From Lachnospiraceae bacterium (GTDB taxonomy: Bacteria > Bacillota > Clostridia > Lachnospirales > Lachnospiraceae), in NCBI GenBank assembly GCA_030523345.1, contig JAUNIR010000004.1, positions 41 to 64,040 of the forward strand: a stretch of DNA of 64,000 nt, read 5' to 3'. The translations under genes were made by a program, and so were the position numbers. Positions 41,701-50,387 of this stretch are shown here, piece by piece (position 1 is the first letter of the stretch; each line of letters opens with the position of its first letter). The notes below the pieces were generated by a model, which ran no database searches, had not been told where the DNA came from, and saw only the letters and a program-made list of their open reading frames with translations.

Positions 41701-41713
41701 TGGTGAGTGCTAA
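41687..41713. promoter_or_regulatory. CIRCE element (HrcA operator) upstream of clpB
   Basis: TTAGCACTC-GTCAATGGT-GAGTGCTAA is a perfect match to the CIRCE consensus, about 80 nt upstream of the clpB start. Confidence 0.85.
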
Positions 41714-41723
41714 TAAATAGTGT

Positions 41724-41751
41724 AAATTAAAAGCCCACTTTTTAGTAGGCT
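41724..41751 (-). terminator. Probable terminator after the STAS gene
   Basis: Minus-strand hairpin AGCCTAC-TAAAAA-GTGGGCT (one wobble or mismatch) followed by TTTAATTT, 14 nt downstream of the stop at 41765. Confidence 0.5.
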
Positions 41752-41764
41752 TTTATTGTTTATA

Positions 41765-42061
41765 TTATTCAATTGTAAGGATATCTGAAAATCCAGTAAC
41801 CTCAAAAACCTCTGACACTGTTTCATTAGGATTCTTAACAACAAGTCCACTCTTTCCAGCTAAAGACTTGTGTACTGAAAGGATCACTCTCAATCCAGCC
41901 GATGAAACGTACTCAAGCTTTTCAAAATCAAATACTGCGCTGTCAACTGTTGCAATGTCATCCTTAACCTGTGCCTCGAGCTCTGGAGCTGTCATTGTGT
42001 CAAGTCTTCCCTCTAATGCCACATTTAAAACATTTCCTTCAACCGACTTAATAATCTGCAT
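41765..42061 (-). CDS. STAS-domain protein (SpoIIAA/RsbV-like anti-sigma-factor antagonist)
   Basis: 98 aa. It has a typical STAS pattern, including the conserved phosphorylatable-serine context LEYVSSAGLRVIL. Confidence 0.85.
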   Translation of the reverse strand: MQIIKSVEGNVLNVALEGRLDTMTAPELEAQVKDDIATVDSAVFDFEKLEYVSSAGLRVILSVHKSLAGKSGLVVKNPNETVSEVFEVTGFSDILTIE

Positions 42062-42074
42062 GTTATCTCTCCTC

Positions 42075-42668
42075 CTAAATGTCTGCTATAACTTTAATAT
42101 CCACTCTGTCATTTCTATAAGACACTATTATATTTTTTGAAAACTTTTTAAGAACCGAAAGTTCAAGTTCATCCCACTCTTCAGCCTTCTCGTCTCGTTC
42201 TATGCTCTTATTGTAGCTGTCAAGAGACCACTGAAGTGCGTCATCAGATTCTATTTCTGTTCCTGCAAGTGCTGCATCAATCTGTTCTGTAAAATTATAA
42301 GCAGCGCCAGAATCTCTAAACATCTGTGACATTCCGTCAATTGCTTTTCTAACTATTCCGCCAATTCCCTTATACTCCATATTCTTAGATGTTGAGTCAA
42401 GGATGCTTTTTGCCCTAGTTCCCAATATTGATTTTGCTGCAAGATTAACTGAATACTCATCCCCATCAACCTCAATCCAGAATCTGCCATTTTCAATATC
42501 GAGAAATCCCCCAATCATGCCTAAGAGTTCTTCTCCTATGAGTCTTAAGTTCTCACTTTGCTTTGCGCCAAGTCCCTGGTATCTTGAAAATCCATCAACT
42601 TCATTGAGTGCTCTTTCTACATCCCAGGAATTTCCCTCTATAGGACAAATCAATGATTTAACTCCCAT
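42075..42668 (-). CDS. Hypothetical protein, paralog of the C-terminal domain of the adjacent MscS-like protein
   Basis: 197 aa. By eye it aligns to residues ~320-505 of the 511-aa upstream protein: LRLIGEELLGMIGGF vs IRLLSEELLSLVGGI; FWIEVDGDEYSVNL vs FFVEREGSDYEICF; GIGGIVRKAIDGM vs GVSGMIIRAIDSM; NIIVSYRNDRVDIKVI vs DIRISVRTNHVSIRIL. Confidence 0.6.
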   Translation of the reverse strand: MGVKSLICPIEGNSWDVERALNEVDGFSRYQGLGAKQSENLRLIGEELLGMIGGFLDIENGRFWIEVDGDEYSVNLAAKSILGTRAKSILDSTSKNMEYKGIGGIVRKAIDGMSQMFRDSGAAYNFTEQIDAALAGTEIESDDALQWSLDSYNKSIERDEKAEEWDELELSVLKKFSKNIIVSYRNDRVDIKVIADI

Positions 42669-42736
42669 TTTTAACCTCCTCTAATGTACCCGCTTCTATA
42701 CAATATACGGACATCTAAGTTATTATATCACAATTT

Positions 42737-44272
42737 CTAGTCTTCTTCCTCATTTTTAACAAGAATACGAATACTTACATGATTTGTTCTAACAGAAATT
42801 CTAATATCGTCAGCCAAATTCGTAAGCACAGATTTCACAATATCATCCTTTTCTATTGATGAATTCTGATTTTCAATATCTGCCTGACTATCCATTTCAA
42901 TTACAGCTAATGATTCCTGTTCTTTTTCTTTATATATGTTATAAGACCACCTATAGTCATCATCTGCTTTACCAATAGACTGTTCCATAGTGTTCATGAA
43001 AGCCTTGTTATAGCCCTTTTTATCATTAGAACTCATTAAAAGCATTGAGTCTATTGCGCGTATAATCATACCACTCACACCAACGTAAGCTTCATTTGTA
43101 TTAGTGGAAGAGACTCCTACGAGGCTATCTCTAGTCTTTCTATTTATTTTCCCGTCTGCGTCAAAGCATATCTCATAGTCCGAGCCTTCCCTCTCCACAA
43201 AAAAGACTCCTGATTTCATTTCTGGAATACCGCCTACTAAAGATAACAATTCTTCAGACAAAAGACGTATTCTTAGCTTCATGCCATTATCAAGGTTTTC
43301 AGAAATAGCATATCTCTCAGCTTCCGATACGGCCATATTTATGTCTTCAGATGAGCCTGAATATTTCATCTCTTTAGATTTTGCTGCGCCTCTTCCAAGT
43401 TCGTAGTCTCGTTTTCTATGAGCCGTTGACTCATATACTACTACGCCTTCCTGCTCGACAATCTCCTTGTGTGGCTTTTCATTTGTTGAAGGTTCCATGT
43501 TATAAAGAACTTTTATGCTGAGTGGGAATTCCTGATTTTTCTCATAAAATACATCCTGAACTACGGCCTGCGCATTTCGTCTTACAGAAGGTTTTTTGTC
43601 TGCAAGACAATGTATTCTTAGCTTGTATTCAACCCAGCTTTCAGCAAGTTCCTGTGTGTTTAGGAAGTCGCAGCTATAAACATGTCGCAATCTTTCAATA
43701 CGCCTAGCACACTCCCTACACAGTTGTCTCGCATACTGTAAATCAACATCATATCCAATAGGCACTGCAATATCTATCCAATCAGAACAAATGCCAACCT
43801 GGCTAATGTGTCTGTTGCAAATAGACATTGTAGTCTCTGTATCTAGCATAAAAAGTTTAGTTGTCTTAACATTAAACGATACAACTTTTCCTGCTTTTCC
43901 GTCGATTTCTATTACATCGCCTATCTTATAATATCCTTCGAACATAATAGAAAGTCCCATTATTATGTCCTTAACAAGGTCCTGCAAAGCATAACTCAGA
44001 ATGATACCTATAACACCAAGACTGGCAATGTATTTTCTTACATCAACACCATTTATCGATAATATTGCCAATATTAAAACAATAACGATGATTGAATTAA
44101 TAAGATCAAAAATAATTTTAGCCGATTTGTACCATCTTGTGTTTCCCGATTTTGACTTGAGATAATTTCTATCGATTGCATTACTTCCAGAAATAAGAAG
44201 TGACGCAATTATTATCACTATAACTGTTTCAAAAAATTTCGCTGAAACAAAATAAGATAAAACACTATCCAT
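42737..44272 (-). CDS. MscS-family mechanosensitive channel with a roughly 210-aa C-terminal extension of unknown function
   Basis: 511 aa. The N-terminal TM helices and MscS beta-domain carry the signature IMFEGYYKIGDVIEIDGKAGKVVSFNVKTTKL. The C-terminal extension is homologous to the next gene downstream. Confidence 0.85.
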   Translation of the reverse strand: MDSVLSYFVSAKFFETVIVIIIASLLISGSNAIDRNYLKSKSGNTRWYKSAKIIFDLINSIIVIVLILAILSINGVDVRKYIASLGVIGIILSYALQDLVKDIIMGLSIMFEGYYKIGDVIEIDGKAGKVVSFNVKTTKLFMLDTETTMSICNRHISQVGICSDWIDIAVPIGYDVDLQYARQLCRECARRIERLRHVYSCDFLNTQELAESWVEYKLRIHCLADKKPSVRRNAQAVVQDVFYEKNQEFPLSIKVLYNMEPSTNEKPHKEIVEQEGVVVYESTAHRKRDYELGRGAAKSKEMKYSGSSEDINMAVSEAERYAISENLDNGMKLRIRLLSEELLSLVGGIPEMKSGVFFVEREGSDYEICFDADGKINRKTRDSLVGVSSTNTNEAYVGVSGMIIRAIDSMLLMSSNDKKGYNKAFMNTMEQSIGKADDDYRWSYNIYKEKEQESLAVIEMDSQADIENQNSSIEKDDIVKSVLTNLADDIRISVRTNHVSIRILVKNEEED

Positions 44273-44275
44273 ACT

Positions 44276-44476
44276 CTAACTTTCCTCATAAAATGTCTCA
44301 CGTACTGTTTCATCTACAGTGTGAGCATTACCAGTTTCCTCTATCGCTTCCTCATGTCCTGTAAGCGCAGCAAAAGGTGCAAATTGTGCAGCTCGCTGTA
44401 GTCTGCTCATTTGCGGATGTCTTTTTGATTTGATTTTTTCATAATCAATTTCAATAATATCATCATAATTATTCAT
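44276..44476 (-). CDS. YolD-like small protein
   Basis: 66 aa carrying the RAAQFAPFAALTGHEEAI core that is typical of YolD-like proteins, which usually partner Y-family polymerases. Its stop is 3 nt before the MscS start. Confidence 0.55.
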   Translation of the reverse strand: MNNYDDIIEIDYEKIKSKRHPQMSRLQRAAQFAPFAALTGHEEAIEETGNAHTVDETVRETFYEES

Positions 44477-44536
44477 AATGATATTATACTATATAATGCG
44501 TGAAATACTATAAATAAATTACTTCTTTGCAAATGA

Positions 44537-44560
44537 AAAGGGCACCTTAACGGTGCCCTT
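44537..44560 (-). terminator. Rho-independent terminator after the flagellin-like gene
   Basis: Minus-strand hairpin AAGGGCACC-GTTA-AGGTGCCCTT followed by TTTC, 14 nt downstream of the stop at 44574. Confidence 0.75.
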
Positions 44561-44573
44561 AGCTTATTTAAAA

Positions 44574-45329
44574 CTAAATGCCCGAGAATAATCTCGCGCT
44601 ATTATTTACTTCATTATCTTGCTTCTGCTTCTGCATCATAATCTGGAATGTATTTAAAAGTTCTTTTTTCTTCTGCTCAGAAATAGCTTTAGGAATATCT
44701 GTATCAGCTATCTTAGACTGTGAGCTTGTTACATTCTCTATTGAAATCTGATTCTGATTATATGCATGTTCAAGGCCATTCACCTGTGCGCCAAGTCCGC
44801 CTCTCATTGAAGAAACCTTTGATAAAGCATCAGTAACTTTATTAATATCGAAGTTACCCATGACACTAAATCCATCAAGTCCAAGAGCTTTAACTGTTGA
44901 ATCAACACGACTTATATCAGAGCCACTTCCATCTGGATTAGATGCAATATGAATTCCATCCTCGCTATTAAGAAGCTTCTTCTCATTAAATTCTGTACCA
45001 TTAGCAATATCATTGATTCCCTGTAAGAGTCCATCTATCTCTGACTGAATCGCTTTTTTCTCTTCACCCGACATTAAGCCATTAGAAGCCTTGAGTGAAA
45101 GTTCATGTACTCTCTGAAGGTTATCTGTAATTCCTGATAAAGCGCCATCCGAAATATTGAGAGCAGAAATTCCATCCTTAATGTTACTCGCTCCCTGTGA
45201 TAAACCTCCTGTCTGAGATTTCATCTTCTCTGAGATTGCTAAATCTGCTGGAGAAACTGCGGCAGATGTAAGTCTATTACCACTTGCAATCTGACTATAT
45301 ATATTGCTACCAACTGATGAAATGTTCAT
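44574..45329 (-). CDS. Short flagellin-family protein (251 aa, no variable central domain)
   Basis: The start is taken at the internal ATG preceded by AGGAAAGG. The N-terminal flagellin pattern is SGNRLTSAA..LAISEKMKSQTGGLSQGASNIKDGISALNISDGAL...LQRVHELSLKASNG. The C-terminal pattern is NVTSSQSKIADTDIPKAISE. Confidence 0.78.
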   Translation of the reverse strand: MNISSVGSNIYSQIASGNRLTSAAVSPADLAISEKMKSQTGGLSQGASNIKDGISALNISDGALSGITDNLQRVHELSLKASNGLMSGEEKKAIQSEIDGLLQGINDIANGTEFNEKKLLNSEDGIHIASNPDGSGSDISRVDSTVKALGLDGFSVMGNFDINKVTDALSKVSSMRGGLGAQVNGLEHAYNQNQISIENVTSSQSKIADTDIPKAISEQKKKELLNTFQIMMQKQKQDNEVNNSARLFSGI

Positions 45330-45445
45330 AAAATTGCCTTTCCTAAAATACGAACACACTTCCCCTAATTGTGAACCTATTGTACTCTTTATTTTGCCAA
45401 TTTGCAACGTTTTTTTGATACTTTAGGCACCAAATGTGACGCAGC

Positions 45446-46918
45446 TTAAGCCTTATGACCACCTATTTGTGCATTTCGTTCTATAGTTGTTCCTCCCTTT
45501 TGGAGATTCATGCCCTTAAGTATTGCATTTTTACCATATTTTTCTTTAATTTGAATTGCAGCCTGCTGAACCCTACGCTGTTTTTCCTCAGCTTCATCGG
45601 TGATTTTTTTAGGATTTGTGACCGTTCCTTCATTAGCCTCCGCCCCGCTAGATGGTATCATCTCAATTCCAAAATCGCTGAAAAGATCCATTTGTTCATG
45701 TCTGTTTCGCTCATAAGCCTCACGTTCTGGAATAACATCATTAGCTACAACTGTAATTCTGCGACTCAGTAAATCTTTATCCATAATTCTATCGAAAAGC
45801 CGCATCATCGCCTCACCAATTATTACATTTGATGAAGTATATTTTGATAGGTTTTCTGTTCCATGAGCATGCTTTGGAATGCGCCGACCATATCGGTCAA
45901 TTGTTATCTTCCCCGCGTATTTACGGGCTCTTTCCGGATCTATAAGGTTGTCAATATCATACCCCACTGTCAATATTATCTGCTTTGTTACTATTCTTTT
46001 TTTTACAAGATCAAGGCACAGTAGCTCCGTCATTTCCTTCACTATGAGTCTTGTCTCTTCATGTTCATATGGTCTCGTTAAAACCTGTCCCGAACTAATA
46101 GATGTAGTTTCTGGACGATAACTTCGAATTTCCTCTATCGTGCATGGCTCGTAGCCAAAAGCATGATCAATTAGAAGTTCTGCATTGATGCCAAATAATT
46201 TATATAATAAATCTTCATTGTAGTAATCGGTTTCTTTTCCAAGAGCGCATCTAGCCACTTCACCCATTGTATAAATGCCTACCGATTCAAGTCTCTTTTC
46301 GTAACCCTTCCCCAGTCTCCAGAAATCAGTTAATGGCTTGTGGTCCCAAAGGAGACGTCTATAACTTATCTCATCAAGACTTGCAATCCTAACACCTTTC
46401 TCATCAGCAGGCGCATGCTTTGCCACTATATCCATTGCAATCTTTGCAAGATACATATTTGTACCAATTCCAGCTGTAGCTGTAATACCTGTAGTCTCTA
46501 GAACATCCTTAATCATTATTATTGCCATCTCTTCGGCAGTCTTTTTATATGTTTCCAGATAACTTGTAATATCTATGAATACTTCGTCCACAGAATATAC
46601 GTGCATATCCTCTTTAGATACATACTTAAGGTAAATGTCATATATTCTTGTTGAATAATCCATATAAAGAGCCATTCTTGGCTTAGCAATTACGAAATCT
46701 ATCTGGGCTTCTTTAGCTTTTTTATTAACCTCAAAAAGACGGGCTCTTCCTGGGACCCCGTAAGCTTTAAGTGCAGGTGATACAGCAAGGCAAATAGTCT
46801 TCGCTGTCCTTGATTCATCCGCCACGACAAGTCTTGCCGTAAGGGGATCTAAGCCTCTTTCCCTGCACTCCACTGATGCATAAAATGATTTTAAGTCTAT
46901 TGCTATGTATTGCTTCAT
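45446..46918 (-). CDS. Y-family DNA polymerase (UmuC/DinB-like translesion polymerase)
   Basis: 490 aa. The N-terminal palm motif is IAIDLKSFYASVEC. It also has SVDEVFIDIT (catalytic acidic residues) and the little-finger region. Confidence 0.87.
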   Translation of the reverse strand: MKQYIAIDLKSFYASVECRERGLDPLTARLVVADESRTAKTICLAVSPALKAYGVPGRARLFEVNKKAKEAQIDFVIAKPRMALYMDYSTRIYDIYLKYVSKEDMHVYSVDEVFIDITSYLETYKKTAEEMAIIMIKDVLETTGITATAGIGTNMYLAKIAMDIVAKHAPADEKGVRIASLDEISYRRLLWDHKPLTDFWRLGKGYEKRLESVGIYTMGEVARCALGKETDYYNEDLLYKLFGINAELLIDHAFGYEPCTIEEIRSYRPETTSISSGQVLTRPYEHEETRLIVKEMTELLCLDLVKKRIVTKQIILTVGYDIDNLIDPERARKYAGKITIDRYGRRIPKHAHGTENLSKYTSSNVIIGEAMMRLFDRIMDKDLLSRRITVVANDVIPEREAYERNRHEQMDLFSDFGIEMIPSSGAEANEGTVTNPKKITDEAEEKQRRVQQAAIQIKEKYGKNAILKGMNLQKGGTTIERNAQIGGHKA

Positions 46919-47033
46919 AATTCGAAAACCGATTTAAACCGCCTAAACCTATAATATCTCTTTCGATAGCGATTATCAAAGTTTTTATTAGCCGCATCGG
47001 GCTCTCCCGGCATTGTTTTCGGTAATTTTCTCA

Positions 47034-47069
47034 ACAAAAACGCTGGTATCGAAATGATACCAGCGTTTT
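47034..47069 (-). terminator. Rho-independent terminator after ilvE
   Basis: Minus-strand hairpin AAACGCTGGTATC-ATTTC-GATACCAGCGTTT followed by TTGTTG, about 40 nt downstream of the stop at 47110. Confidence 0.75.
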
Positions 47070-47109
47070 CCCTATGTCTTTATATAGTTTTCATTGCGAT
47101 TCTAAAAAA

Positions 47110-48132
47110 TTAGATTTCTACAATCCATCCCTCTGGAGCTTTAATCTTGCCCATCTGGATTCCAGTAAGTGTATCGTAAAGCTTCTTAGTGATAGGTCCC
47201 ATCTCATCCATTCCTGAAGGGAAGCAGATTTCTGTTCCATGATCATTAACTTTACCTACTGGTGAAATAACTGCAGCTGTTCCGCAAAGACCACACTCAG
47301 CCATATCCTTAACTTCCTCAAGAGTGATTTCTCTTTCCTCAGCTTCAAGTCCTAAGTATTCCTTAGCAACCTGAATAAGTGAACGACGTGTGATTGAAGG
47401 TAAGATTGTATTTGACTTAGGTGTAACAACCTTTCCGTCTCTTGTAACGAAGAGGAAGTTAGCTCCACCTGTCTCTTCAACCTTAGTACGTGTAGCTGAA
47501 TCAAGATACATATTCTCAGCAAATCCCTTCTCGTGAGCATCAACAATTGCGTATAAGCTCATAGCATAGTTAAGTCCTGCTTTGATATGTCCTGTACCAT
47601 TAGGAGCTGCTCTATCAAAATCTGATACTCTTATTGTAAGAGGCTTTGCACCACCCTTGAAGTAAGGTCCTACAGGTGTTGTAAGAATTCTGAACTGATA
47701 CTCGTCTGCTGGCTTAACACCAATAACCGCATTTGTTCCCATGATGTATGGACGAACATATAATGATGCACCGCTTCCAAAAGGAGGTACCCAGTCTTCG
47801 TTAGCCTTAACTACCTTCTTAACTGCATCGATAAACATTCCTTCTGGGAGTGTTGGCATCTGAAGTCTTGCTGCTGACTGATTGATTCTTTCTGCATTTA
47901 AGTCAGGACGGAATGTAACTGTACGCCCGTCTTCTGTTGTGTAAGCCTTAAGTCCTTCAAATACTGTCTGTGCATACTGGAATACACAAGCACACTCGTT
48001 AAGTGTTACGTTAGGATCTGTGATGATCTGACCCTCATCCCACTTGCCATCTTTAAAAGAAGCAAGATATCTGTAATCTGTCTCAATGTAACCGAAGCCT
48101 AATGAGCCCCAGTCAATGTCCTTTTTTGCCAT
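47110..48132 (-). CDS. ilvE: Branched-chain amino acid aminotransferase
   Basis: 340 aa of fold-type IV PLP enzyme. Motifs include FEGLKAY, the GHIKAGLNY Lys context, EETGGANFLFV and CGTAAVISPV. Confidence 0.9.
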   Translation of the reverse strand: MAKKDIDWGSLGFGYIETDYRYLASFKDGKWDEGQIITDPNVTLNECACVFQYAQTVFEGLKAYTTEDGRTVTFRPDLNAERINQSAARLQMPTLPEGMFIDAVKKVVKANEDWVPPFGSGASLYVRPYIMGTNAVIGVKPADEYQFRILTTPVGPYFKGGAKPLTIRVSDFDRAAPNGTGHIKAGLNYAMSLYAIVDAHEKGFAENMYLDSATRTKVEETGGANFLFVTRDGKVVTPKSNTILPSITRRSLIQVAKEYLGLEAEEREITLEEVKDMAECGLCGTAAVISPVGKVNDHGTEICFPSGMDEMGPITKKLYDTLTGIQMGKIKAPEGWIVEI

Positions 48133-48298
48133 TGTTTTTTACCTTCCTTTAATATTTTAATTTACTGAATTCATTTTATTTTAATCGCAGATGTCTTACG
48201 GCCTCCACGACTATATTCTAATATTAAATTTTTCTTTATTCTAGTATATCATTCTAAGAATCTCATCAATATTAAGTCCTAAATAATATAACACTTTA

Positions 48299-49738
48299 CT
48301 ATATTGCTAAGAAGAACTTTACTAAGAATAATATAGAAATCACATAAGTAAGAACCGAAACTTCCTTACCCTTACCAATAAGTAACTTTATTATCGTATA
48401 TGAAATCATTCCAAGTCCGATAGCATGTCCAATTGATCCTGAGATAGGCATAGCTATAAGCATGACTGCAACTGGGACAGCTATAGCTGAATCCTCAAAG
48501 TTAATCGTTCCAAGGCTCTTTACCATAAGTACTCCAACATAGACAAGAGCTGATGATGTAGCTGCCGCAGGAATAACTGCCGCAATTGGAGCTAAGAAAA
48601 CGCATGAAAGGAAAAGGATTCCTGTTGTAAGAGCTGTAAGTCCTGTACGTCCGCCTGCTTCAACACCTGACGCTGACTCAATGAATGTAGTAACTGTGGA
48701 AGTACCTGTAAGTGATCCTGCTACTGTTCCAATTGCGTCTGACAAAAGAGCTTCTTTCATGTTAGGCATCTCGCCACGCTTATCAAGCATTCCCGCTCTA
48801 GAAGCTGTACCGACAAGTGTTCCAATTGTATCAAACATATCAATCAGACAGAAAGTAATTACAAGAGAAATAACTGTAAACCATCCGATTGATGCAAGTC
48901 CTGCAAAATTAAGCTTAAATAATGTTGTAGCAGCCATATCGCCAAACGCTGGCACAAATGAAGCTGTAGCAAATGCCGCAAATGGATTTGTATGAAGTAC
49001 AAAGAACTGACCACACCAATATACGATAGATGCAATAAGCATTCCTAGAATAACTGCTGCCTTAATTCCCTTATGTGCAAGAACAACTATTGCAAATAAC
49101 CCTACAAAAAGTGTAATAACTGAAAGAATCATTACTGGATAAGCTGATCCCATTACTTCCTTTGCACGGCTTGCTGTAAGTGCCCCGAAGAAATCTTTCA
49201 TAACAAAAAACTGATTATAGTTCTCATCCGCAATATAAATATTAGAACCAAATCCAATATTCATAAGCATCATTCCAATAGCAGGTGCAATACCAAGTCT
49301 TACACCAAGTGGAATAGCTTCTACAATCTTCTCTCTTATGTTAAATACTGAAAGCACTAAAAATACAATACCTTCAATAAATACAATGCACATTACTGTC
49401 TGGAATGAAGAAACATAATCAAGTCCTGCGATAGCAATTAAGTTTGCAACTACTACTGCAAAGAAGCTGTTAATTCCCATTCCTGGTCCTAAGCAGAATG
49501 GTTTATTTGCTAAAAACGCCATTGCGAACATAGCAACTGCCGATGCAATACATGTTGCGAGAAATACTCCGTTCCAAAGAGGCTGACCGCCTTCTCCATA
49601 ATTTGTAAGAATATTTGGATTAAGTGCAATGATGTACGCCATTGTCATAAATGTTGTAAGTCCAGCAATAATCTCAGTTCTTACTGTAGTACCATTTTCT
49701 TTTAGCTTGAATAAATTTTCTAACATATTCTTCTCCAC
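48299..49738 (-). CDS. NCS2/AzgA-family purine (adenine/guanine/hypoxanthine) permease
   Basis: 479-aa polytopic protein with AGLTTFMTMAYIIALNP and the FIESASGVEAGGRTGLTA motif typical of PbuG/AzgA-type permeases. It lies directly downstream of apt. Confidence 0.87.
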   Translation of the reverse strand: MEKNMLENLFKLKENGTTVRTEIIAGLTTFMTMAYIIALNPNILTNYGEGGQPLWNGVFLATCIASAVAMFAMAFLANKPFCLGPGMGINSFFAVVVANLIAIAGLDYVSSFQTVMCIVFIEGIVFLVLSVFNIREKIVEAIPLGVRLGIAPAIGMMLMNIGFGSNIYIADENYNQFFVMKDFFGALTASRAKEVMGSAYPVMILSVITLFVGLFAIVVLAHKGIKAAVILGMLIASIVYWCGQFFVLHTNPFAAFATASFVPAFGDMAATTLFKLNFAGLASIGWFTVISLVITFCLIDMFDTIGTLVGTASRAGMLDKRGEMPNMKEALLSDAIGTVAGSLTGTSTVTTFIESASGVEAGGRTGLTALTTGILFLSCVFLAPIAAVIPAAATSSALVYVGVLMVKSLGTINFEDSAIAVPVAVMLIAMPISGSIGHAIGLGMISYTIIKLLIGKGKEVSVLTYVISILFLVKFFLAI

Positions 49739-49768
49739 TTAAAAAATAATTAATCTGCCTGCAAATTA

Positions 49769-50293
49769 TTATTTACCCTCATATTTAAGAACTGTATCTA
49801 CTCTATATCCCTCTAATTTTTTACGTCCTTTCAGTCCGCAAAGTTCCATAACAGCTACGATACTTGCGACTTCACCGCCAAGTCTTTCTACCAGCTGACA
49901 AGTAGCCTTAATAGTTCCGCCTGTTGCAATAAGATCATCAATTATAACAACCCTCTGTCCCTTTGTAATGCTATCTGTATGCATCTCAAGTACAGCTGTG
50001 CCATATTCAAGCTCGTACTCCTGTGATATTGTCTCACAAGGGAGCTTTCCTTTCTTTCTGACTAGTACAATAGGCTTATGCAACTTGTAAGCCATGGCAC
50101 TTCCGAAAATAAAACCTCTTGATTCTGCTAATACAAAAACATCAAAATCAAGGTCTTTTATACAATCAATCATTGAATCAACAGCTAATTCAAATCCATC
50201 AGCATCTTGAAGTATTGTAGTAATATCTCTGAACATAATTCCCGGTTCCGGAAAATCAGGTATTGTTCTTACGTAATCATTTAGCTCTTTCAT
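49769..50293 (-). CDS. apt: Adenine phosphoribosyltransferase
   Basis: 174 aa with IPDFPEPGIMFRDIT and the PRPP loop VIIDDLIATGGT. Confidence 0.93.
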   Translation of the reverse strand: MKELNDYVRTIPDFPEPGIMFRDITTILQDADGFELAVDSMIDCIKDLDFDVFVLAESRGFIFGSAMAYKLHKPIVLVRKKGKLPCETISQEYELEYGTAVLEMHTDSITKGQRVVIIDDLIATGGTIKATCQLVERLGGEVASIVAVMELCGLKGRKKLEGYRVDTVLKYEGK

Positions 50294-50387
50294 TTATTTA
50301 CCTTTCCAAATTCACGCATTCGCATCATAGTAAACAGCCTATGCTTAAACGGTTTCGTATTGTAACCACTATCTAATTATTCTACCA

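Noticed and set aside
45330-45445. Sigma-28 (FliA/SigD) promoter upstream of the flagellin-like gene.
   Set aside because: No TAAA-N15-GCCGATAA-like pair could be found by eye in the 116-nt spacer.
46915-47013. 32-aa basic upstream ORF (MPGEPDAANKNFDNRYRKRYYRFRRFKSVFEL) whose TGA overlaps the ATG of the Y-family polymerase gene (ATGA).
   Set aside because: There is no credible Shine-Dalgarno sequence before its ATG and I have no conservation information. The overlap could be chance in an AT-rich spacer. It is worth a ribosome-profiling look but is not supportable from sequence alone.
46919-47033. LexA (Cheo) box upstream of the Y-family polymerase.
   Set aside because: No GAAC-N4-GTTC motif is present. 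A lineage-specific LexA motif cannot be excluded.
50294-50387. Possible purine riboswitch upstream of apt and the purine permease gene.
   Set aside because: The spacer lacks the conserved purine-riboswitch junction sequences (the UAUAAU...UUUCUACC...CCGUAAAU pattern) and the three-way junction pairing. Only a short ...ACUAUG-like fragment is present.
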